In this document: positions 57,120 through 64,000 of the stretch, piece after piece
How positions within the stretch are numbered: position 1 is the first letter of the stretch
Layout of the letters: every line of letters begins with the position of its first letter
Source: Candidatus Liptonbacteria bacterium
Lineage (GTDB): Bacteria > Patescibacteriota > Minisyncoccia > UBA6257 > 2-01-FULL-56-20
DNA: 64,000 nt
Reading direction: 5' to 3'
NCBI GenBank assembly: GCA_016204385.1
Contig: JACQKW010000015.1
Location: 29,882-93,881 of the forward strand
The notes under the pieces: generated by a model
Told to the model about the DNA's origin: nothing
Databases searched by the model: none
What the model saw: the letters and a program-made list of their open reading frames with translations, nothing else
Translations under genes and position numbers: made by a program

Positions 57120-58328
57120 ATGAGAATTGCAATTTTCTCCGACAGTTTCTATCCGGAGATTGGCGGCATTCAGGACTCCATCATCGCCCTTGGCACACAA
57201 CTTGCCGGACGGGGGCACGCTCTCTTCTACTACGTGCCCCGCCACCCCAAGCGGCATTATACAATCGCAAAGTTGCCCTACGGAGAAATCTCGCTGGGGC
57301 CCAATATTCACATACGTCGTTTCTTCGCGGTTCCCTATCCGGGCCCCACGCGACAGGCGAGCGCCGTAATTCCGACTGGTCTCCGCTGGATCGCGATGCA
57401 AAAAGAAAAATTCGACGTAATCCACACCCAAACATTTTTCGGGGTCGGCCTCGAGGCGCTCGCGGCGGCAAAATTTCTCCGCGTTCCGATTGTGGGCACA
57501 AACCATTGGGCGATATCGGAATTCAAGCATTACAGCCCGATTGCGAGAGAACTTTTTTCCCGATGGAGCGTGCGCTACGCGAGCTGGTATTACAACCACT
57601 GCAGCTACGTCACCGGGCCATCGCGCTCCGTCATCGGCGAAATGATAAAGAACGGCCTCACGCGCCCGCACGGAGTAGTTTCAAATCCCATTGATACTGC
57701 GACGTTCCGCCCCGTCACTCCCAAGAAAAAGGGTGAGTTAAAAAAGAAACTCGGACTCTCCCGTGCAACCATTGTGTATGCCGGAAGACTCGCACAAGAG
57801 AAAAAAATCGACGTGATCCTGCGTGCCATCCCTCTCATCAAGAAAAAAATCCCCGCAATCACGCTCGCAATCGCGGGACACGGCAGCGCACTGCCGGAAC
57901 TTCGGCAAATGATAACACGCACGAACATCGAACGGGAAGTGAAGTTTTTCGGGACGCTCAGCAAACCGCTCCTTGCCGAACTCTACCAGGCATCGGAGGT
58001 GTTCGTGATCATGAGCACATCGGAGACGCAGAGCATGGTGCTCCTCCAGGCCATGGCGTGCGGCCTGCCGGCCATCGCCGCCGACTGGCGGGCGCTCCCC
58101 GAGTACGTGAACGAAAACAACGGTTTTCTCGTCCCGCCGGGAAACGAGCGGTTGCTTGCCGAACGTTTCACCCATCTTATGGGAAACCCAGCGCTTCGCG
58201 AGTCGTTAGGGAAAGGGGCGCACGCATCGGTCCAGAATTTCTCTCCCGAGAAGATCGCGGCGAGGTGGGAAACGATCTACGATAACGCAATTAAAAACTT
58301 TGGACACGCTGCTCCCCAAAACCCTTAA
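57120..58328 (+). CDS. GT4 glycosyltransferase
   Basis: MRIAIFSDSFYP, GRLAQEK, SETQSMVLLQAMACG. Confidence 0.9.
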   Translation: MRIAIFSDSFYPEIGGIQDSIIALGTQLAGRGHALFYYVPRHPKRHYTIAKLPYGEISLGPNIHIRRFFAVPYPGPTRQASAVIPTGLRWIAMQKEKFDVIHTQTFFGVGLEALAAAKFLRVPIVGTNHWAISEFKHYSPIARELFSRWSVRYASWYYNHCSYVTGPSRSVIGEMIKNGLTRPHGVVSNPIDTATFRPVTPKKKGELKKKLGLSRATIVYAGRLAQEKKIDVILRAIPLIKKKIPAITLAIAGHGSALPELRQMITRTNIEREVKFFGTLSKPLLAELYQASEVFVIMSTSETQSMVLLQAMACGLPAIAADWRALPEYVNENNGFLVPPGNERLLAERFTHLMGNPALRESLGKGAHASVQNFSPEKIAARWETIYDNAIKNFGHAAPQNP

Positions 58329-59527
58329 CCGCGCCCGGATTCCGCGATCAGCTTGCCAAGCACGCGCTCCCATTGATCGAGAGAGCGGTTAAGGTCGTGA
58401 TTTTTGATCTCCTCGAGCGTATTGCGTTTCATCTTTTTCCAAAGATTCTTGTGTTTTAAAATTTTAACCACCGCATCGGCGAACGCTTTTTTATCCCCAT
58501 TCTTCACTAAAAATCCGTTGTACCCGCTCCTCACGAGATCCCTCATCCCCCGCGCATCAATGCCGACGCACACCACGCCATTCGCCTGTGCCTCCAGGAC
58601 GGTGAGCGGCTGATTCTCCGTCACCGACGCCGTCACAAAAATGTCGGACGCGCCCAGTATGGACGATTTCACAAAGCGCGCGTATTCTATCTCGCCCGAG
58701 AGAACAACACTGTCTGCCAAGCCCAGATGCCGAATCTTTTCCTTCACCTCATCCGTCTGGGGCCCGCCCCCGACGATCAGGAGTTTAGCGTTGTGAATCT
58801 CGCGAACGACTAATCGAAAGCAATCCAGGAGATAGAATATGTTTTTTTCGTGCGCAACTCTCCCCACAAACAGAAGCAGGGGCCCGTGAGGATTATATTT
58901 CAGCTTTACTTCTTTGGCCTTGGCATTGCTGAACACGCGTCTGTCTATTCCGTTTGAGATCACCTCGATAGCGCTCTTGAATCCGTGTTTCAATAGATCT
59001 TTCTTGGTTTCTTGCGAGGGCGAGGTGACAAGATCGCATCGGTTGTAAAAAAATTTGCTGTACTCCCAGAACAACCGCTCCGTTGCCCGGTGGTTCAAGT
59101 GCGCATGCTTCAAATATCCCGGGTCCGCAAAAAAAGTGTGGAACGTTCCGACCAGGGGAAGCTTGAGCAGTCGGGACAGAATGACCGCTTCGAGGCCCAA
59201 GGTGATAGGCGAGGGAAAATGGATGAGCTGTATTTTTTCTTCTCGTAAATAATTCAGAATGCGGAAGCTAAAGAAAGAAGTGAGTTTGAAATGCTCGTAA
59301 AAAAGCGCGGGTATTCCAAACACTCTTCTTACCACGACGTTTTTGTGCTCAAACGCCCGTGCGCCGCGGCGGTATCGCGGCGCAATGACGTATATTTTGT
59401 GCCCCCGGTCCGCAAGCCCTTTGATTAAGTTAAGAGTGGCGATCACCACGCCATTCACCTGCGGAGGGAAGTTGTCGGTAAATATCGCTATTCTCATGGG
59501 CGCCGAGCGGAACGCAGTTTTCTTCAT
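58325..59527 (-). CDS. GT4 glycosyltransferase
   Basis: MRIAIFTDNFPPQVNGV, GRVAHEK, ENQPLTVLEA; start uncertain. Confidence 0.9.
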   Translation of the reverse strand: MKKTAFRSAPMRIAIFTDNFPPQVNGVVIATLNLIKGLADRGHKIYVIAPRYRRGARAFEHKNVVVRRVFGIPALFYEHFKLTSFFSFRILNYLREEKIQLIHFPSPITLGLEAVILSRLLKLPLVGTFHTFFADPGYLKHAHLNHRATERLFWEYSKFFYNRCDLVTSPSQETKKDLLKHGFKSAIEVISNGIDRRVFSNAKAKEVKLKYNPHGPLLLFVGRVAHEKNIFYLLDCFRLVVREIHNAKLLIVGGGPQTDEVKEKIRHLGLADSVVLSGEIEYARFVKSSILGASDIFVTASVTENQPLTVLEAQANGVVCVGIDARGMRDLVRSGYNGFLVKNGDKKAFADAVVKILKHKNLWKKMKRNTLEEIKNHDLNRSLDQWERVLGKLIAESGRG

Positions 59528-59606
59528 TATATCACTCATGCCACCGTAGAAGAGCGATTACGCAGGCTTTACAAAAATCTCGCGACAACAGAGAATAATC
59601 AACACA

Positions 59607-60941
59607 GTGAAGCTTTCTCAAAGCGCAAAAGTTTTTTTTCTTGTGCTCGGCGACATCGTCGTACTCTACGCGTCACTCGCGCTCACGCTTGTGATCCGCT
59701 ACGGCGCGGGTTTTATCCAGGAATTCCCGCTGCACGCGCTTCCGTTCTCGATCATATTCGCGGTGTGGCTCGCGGTTTTCTATTTGAACGGCCTCTATGA
59801 CCTTCGCCATCTGCGGAATAATCTGGAATTCTCGAAAGTGTTAGGTCTTGCGCTCTCGGTGAATGCGCTTCTCACCATCGCGGTCTTTTATCTTGTTCCG
59901 GTATTTGGCATCGCGCCGCGGAGAAATCTTTTTATCTTCCTTGTCCTCTTCGCTGCGCTTGAGATGTTCTGGAGAAGGTCTTTTAACGTGCGTTTGAGTT
60001 TTCGCGAAGGACTGGTAAATGTTCTTCTGCTCGGTGAGACCGAAAGCGCGAGAGAGATCGCGGGCACGCTCCACCACAATCCGCAGATCGGCTATGAGAT
60101 CAAGGCGTGGTTCAGACAGGGTCTCTCTGATCCGGAAACGCGCAATCTCGGCTCAAGCGTGAAGCGCCTCGGCATTAATCTTATCGTTGTTCCCCGGAGC
60201 ATGAAACTGGATCCTAAATTCGCAAAAGTGTTCTACGAACTTCTCTCGTCCGGAATAGAGATAATCGACATCCCGACATTTTACGAAGCGGTGTTCAGAA
60301 AAGTGCCGCTCGGGGAACTCGAGGATGCGTGGTTTCTGGAACATCGGGTCGGGGGGCGAAAGTTTTACGATGATTTTAAGCGCAGCATAAGCTTTGTAAG
60401 CGCGCTCATACTTTTTATTTTCCTCTCGCCACTCATGCTCATCATCGCACTTCTCATCACGCTCACCTCGCCGGGGCCTGCAATTTGCACCCAAATACGA
60501 GCAGGGAAACATAATCGGCCGTATGCCCATTTCAAGTTCAGAACTATGAAATCGTGCAAGGAAAAAGAAGGGCCGCGGTGGACAAGTCCCGGCGACGAAC
60601 GAATTACCCCAATCGGGAAAATTCTTCGACACTCGCACCTCGATGAACTTCCGCAACTTATTAATATCATCAAGGATGATTTGGCGTTCGTGGGGCCCCG
60701 GCCGGAACGCCCGGAATTTGTTACAATGCTTATAGAGAAAATTCCCTACTACAACATCCGTTTCCTCATAAAACCCGGCGTCACCGGCTGGGCGCAAATC
60801 CACCATCGGAGCGACCAAACCACCGACGATGTAATCCAAAAACTTCAGTACGAACTGTATTACCTCAAGAACCGATCCTTTGTGCTCGATCTCGCCATCA
60901 TCATTAAAACAATAAAAACGTTATTTGTTACTCCGCGATGA
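59607..60941 (+). CDS. Polyprenyl-phosphate glycosylphosphotransferase (priming sugar transferase)
   Basis: KFRTM, LDELPQL, VGPRPE, KPGVTGWAQ. Confidence 0.92.
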   Translation: MKLSQSAKVFFLVLGDIVVLYASLALTLVIRYGAGFIQEFPLHALPFSIIFAVWLAVFYLNGLYDLRHLRNNLEFSKVLGLALSVNALLTIAVFYLVPVFGIAPRRNLFIFLVLFAALEMFWRRSFNVRLSFREGLVNVLLLGETESAREIAGTLHHNPQIGYEIKAWFRQGLSDPETRNLGSSVKRLGINLIVVPRSMKLDPKFAKVFYELLSSGIEIIDIPTFYEAVFRKVPLGELEDAWFLEHRVGGRKFYDDFKRSISFVSALILFIFLSPLMLIIALLITLTSPGPAICTQIRAGKHNRPYAHFKFRTMKSCKEKEGPRWTSPGDERITPIGKILRHSHLDELPQLINIIKDDLAFVGPRPERPEFVTMLIEKIPYYNIRFLIKPGVTGWAQIHHRSDQTTDDVIQKLQYELYYLKNRSFVLDLAIIIKTIKTLFVTPR

Positions 60942-61861
60942 AAATTATTGTTACGGGGGGTGCCGGATTTATAGGATCGCACATCGTTGATGCGTATGTG
61001 AAGGCGGGCCACCGCGTGGCGGTGATCGACAATCTTTCGACTGGGTTTAGAAAGAACCTCAATCCGCGCGCAAAATTCTATAAAGCGGATATCCAAAACG
61101 CGCCTCTCATAGAACGTGTCTTTAAGAAAGAGCGGCCAGAGATCGTAAACCACCACGCGGCGATTGCGTCGGTAATCCAATCGGTGCGGAATCCCCTCGC
61201 GGTATATGGCGCGAACGTAATGGGAACCGCAAGCATCCTTACTGCCCTTGTGAGATACGGGAGGGGAACGCGGAAAAAAATCATATTCGCATCAAGCGGG
61301 GGGACGCTCTACGGCGACTCCCCGGAAAAAATCCCCGCAGATGAACGCCTGCCGATGCGCCCGATTTCACCGTACGGCATCTCTAAACTCCTCGGGGAAG
61401 AGCTTATCGCCCATTACAGCGGCGCGCATCATTTTTCTCACCTTATCTTCCGCTACGCGAACGTCTACGGCCCGCGGCAAAACCCGAAAGGAGAGGCGGG
61501 AGTCGTCGCAATCTTCGGAGGGCTCATGCGGAAAGGGAAAACGCCCGTTATCTTCGGAGACGGCACGAAAACGCGCGACTACGCGTTTGTGGACGATGTG
61601 GCCCGGGCAAATCTCGCGGCGCTCCGCCGGGGAACAAACGTTACGCTCAACATCGGGCTCGGGAAAGAGATGAGCGACAGAAAGATCTTTGATACGGTGG
61701 CGAAGTATGCGCATTTCTCCGGGAAGCCGAAATTCGCTCCCGAGCGGCCCGGCGAGATCTACCGCATCGCGCTCGATGCGAAGAAGGCAAAAAAAATCCT
61801 CGGCTGGAGGCCGAGAACATTGCTCGACGAGGGCATAAAGCGCACCGTGGCGTCGCTTTAA
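60938..61861 (+). CDS. NAD-dependent epimerase/dehydratase (GalE-like)
   Basis: TGGAGFIG, YGISK, RYANVYGPRQ. Confidence 0.92.
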   Translation: MKIIVTGGAGFIGSHIVDAYVKAGHRVAVIDNLSTGFRKNLNPRAKFYKADIQNAPLIERVFKKERPEIVNHHAAIASVIQSVRNPLAVYGANVMGTASILTALVRYGRGTRKKIIFASSGGTLYGDSPEKIPADERLPMRPISPYGISKLLGEELIAHYSGAHHFSHLIFRYANVYGPRQNPKGEAGVVAIFGGLMRKGKTPVIFGDGTKTRDYAFVDDVARANLAALRRGTNVTLNIGLGKEMSDRKIFDTVAKYAHFSGKPKFAPERPGEIYRIALDAKKAKKILGWRPRTLLDEGIKRTVASL

Positions 61862-61889
61862 AATCTTTGGCGCTCAAGTTTTTACCTCG

Positions 61890-62375
61890 TTACGCGATCC
61901 TGGTTTCCCTCTTTTTTGCGCTCGCCGCGCGCTTTAAATAGTCCGCAAGCAGCCACGAGCTCGATTGCATTTTCCCGCCGCGGCCTACGCTAAATACCAT
62001 CTTGCAGCCGATCTCGTTGCAGACGGGCACTTCGGGAATGTTTTTTTTATTCCGGTCGCCCCCGTTTGCAAAGATGTGCGGCTTTACACGCTTGAGTTCA
62101 CTACACACGCTCATGTCTTTCGGGTTCTTGGGGTGGCTCGTGAGCACTACCTTGTCCACCATTCCGAGCGCTTCGATGACTTCCTTTCGTTCATGATCCG
62201 GCATGAACACGTGCAGTTTTTTCTTCCGAAGCCAGTGGTCGTTGTTCAAAACGACCACGAGCTTGTCGCCGAGTTTTTTCGCTTCGCGAAAAAGGCGCAC
62301 GTGGCCGACGTGGAGCGGGTCGAATCCCCCGCTTACCACAACTACGATCTCTTTTTTCCCTTTTTTCTTCTTCAT
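61890..62375 (-). CDS. Cytidylyltransferase family protein (TagD/RfaE-like)
   Basis: SGGFDPLHVGH, FANGGDR, QSSS. Confidence 0.88.
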   Translation of the reverse strand: MKKKKGKKEIVVVVSGGFDPLHVGHVRLFREAKKLGDKLVVVLNNDHWLRKKKLHVFMPDHERKEVIEALGMVDKVVLTSHPKNPKDMSVCSELKRVKPHIFANGGDRNKKNIPEVPVCNEIGCKMVFSVGRGGKMQSSSWLLADYLKRAASAKKRETRIA

Positions 62376-62537
62376 AGAATCGGGCACGAGAGTATGCTAC
62401 TTTAAAAGCTGGCGTTCTTTGCGCTTCTCGGTTGAGCGATCACTATAAAACAGATGCGGGGAAAAATAAACCCCCACACCACAACAAGGGTTATGCTCGC
62501 GCAGGTGTCTTAAAAATTCAAGATTTCTGCAAGCTTC

Positions 62538-64000
62538 ATGGAGAAAAAACTCAAAGCGGCATTTAGAAAAATATCTCCGTTTGGCGCGGGGGTGAAGCGA
62601 CTGCTTTTTCGAAACGAAACCGCGGGCCAGACGGTGGCGAAAAACGCGTTCTGGCTCACGGTCGGCAACATGGGCGGCCGCCTGCTCCGCGCCGCGATCA
62701 TCATCTACGCCGCGCGGGTTTTGGGTGCCGCCGAATGGGGCGTCTTCTCGTATGCGCTAAGTTTAGTGGCGCTCCTCACGATACTTGTGGATTTCGGCCT
62801 AAGTCCGCTCCTTACCCGCGAAACCGTGAAGACGGCCGACGGAGAAGCGCGGCTCCGGATTCTCTCAACCGCATTTTTCCTGAAGCTCATGTTGCTCGCG
62901 GGAGGCACCGTCTTCCTCCTTCTCGTCGTCCCTTTCTTCGTTTCACTCCCTACAGTCGTCCCGCTTCTCCCTTTCTTCGCGCTCCTCCTCGCATTCGATA
63001 CCCTGCGCGATTTCGGATTTTCGGTCATTCGGGCATCGGAAAAGATGGAGCGGGAAGCGGGGCTCTTTATCCTCACAAATCTCGCGATCGTCATATTCGG
63101 GGCATTCGCGCTTCTCTCATCCCCAAGCGTTCTCTCGTTCACGCTTGCCTACGCGGCAGGCACGGGCGTTGGTTTTCTCGCGACCGTTGCCGCGCTCAAG
63201 CTCAATTGGAGAACCCTTTTCGCCCGTTTCTCGCGCACGCTCGTCCGCCCTCTCCTCTCTTCCGCGTGGCCGTTTGCAACCGCCGCGCTCCTCGGAGGGC
63301 TTATGATCAACATGGACGTGCTCATAATCGGTTTCTTTCGAACCGCAGAGGAGGTGGGGTACTATGCCGCGGCACAGCGTCCCATCCTTCTTCTCTATCT
63401 CATACCCACCATTATTGCGACGAGCGCGTTTCCCATACTCTCCCGTTTCGCAAAGACGGAAAAAGAGAGGTTTTCGCGGGCGCTCGAACGCATACTCGGC
63501 GCGGCAACCCTCGTCGCCGCGCCGCTCGCCGTGGGGGGTGCGGTCGTTGCCCGTGAACTTACGATTCTTCTCTACGGCACATCCTACGAACCCGCCGCGT
63601 TGCCCTTTCGCATCCTCATGATCACCGTGCTCGTGAATTTCACCGCGGTCATCTTGAGCAATGCGCTCTTTGCGCTCGACCGCCAAAGGGAGCTCCTGCG
63701 CTACGCCGCGCTCGGCGCGCTTGGCAACATCGCGCTCGATCTTATCCTCATTCCGCCGTACGGCATCGCGGGATCCGCGTGGGCAACGTTCTTCGCGCAA
63801 GTTGCGGCGAACTGGTATCTCTTCCGCATGATGAGGCGCGCGCACGCGTTGGTGATCCTCCCGCATCTTGGGAAGATAGCAGCGGCTACAATTCTTATGG
63901 CAGCCACCGCGGCGCTTATCGCCGCAATAGGGGTGCACGTCCTTATAAACATCGCGCTCTCGGCAATTCTTTATTTTGCCGTACTCTTGGCTTTACGAGA
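62538..64000 (+). CDS. Wzx-like flippase, runs off the window
   Basis: Read manually: ...QTVAKNAFWL..., multi-TM, VGYYAAAQR; no stop seen. Confidence 0.88.
   Translation, partial: MEKKLKAAFRKISPFGAGVKRLLFRNETAGQTVAKNAFWLTVGNMGGRLLRAAIIIYAARVLGAAEWGVFSYALSLVALLTILVDFGLSPLLTRETVKTADGEARLRILSTAFFLKLMLLAGGTVFLLLVVPFFVSLPTVVPLLPFFALLLAFDTLRDFGFSVIRASEKMEREAGLFILTNLAIVIFGAFALLSSPSVLSFTLAYAAGTGVGFLATVAALKLNWRTLFARFSRTLVRPLLSSAWPFATAALLGGLMINMDVLIIGFFRTAEEVGYYAAAQRPILLLYLIPTIIATSAFPILSRFAKTEKERFSRALERILGAATLVAAPLAVGGAVVARELTILLYGTSYEPAALPFRILMITVLVNFTAVILSNALFALDRQRELLRYAALGALGNIALDLILIPPYGIAGSAWATFFAQVAANWYLFRMMRRAHALVILPHLGKIAAATILMAATAALIAAIGVHVLINIALSAILYFAVLLALR

Overview
Bacterial chromosomal segment using the standard genetic code. 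Gene content and style suggest a Patescibacteria/CPR (Parcubacteria-like) genome (inference): DUF4012, short IF2, archaeal-type UMP kinase, rplK not followed by rplA, and dense small palindromic repeats. The backbone is housekeeping: lepA, ftsQ-like, alr, serS, thrS, miaA, gatB, tmk, rplK-nusG-secE, gyrB, infB-rbfA, pyrH, htpX-lemA, folA-thyA, groESL with CIRCE, trxB-grx-dsbA, a glycosyltransferase/flippase cluster and 4 tRNAs. The highlight is a complete diversity-generating retroelement (DGR) at about 7.1-10.0 kb: RT, Avd, template repeat 8610-8744, and variable repeat 9110-9244 with 11/11 mismatches at template adenines. It has three unusual traits. avd is antisense to TR/RT, its best ATG is put out of frame by a C10 tract, and the cassette is bracketed by a 36-bp duplication of the serS 5' end with no integrase. 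A second DGR-target-like gene at 19.7-20.4 kb has the same promoter, leader and terminator architecture but does not match this TR, and its 3' end carries two palindromic insertions. Other candidates are a PaaX/Cas2-like gene flanked by 44-bp palindromes with a third copy 28 kb away, an HNH nuclease between two tRNAs, palindromes inserted in frame in essential genes, a 928-aa protein with an unfamiliar DWRLNLP repeat, and a HEPN-motif gene in a low-GC patch beside tRNA-Ser. All calls come from reading motifs by eye; no database searches were run.
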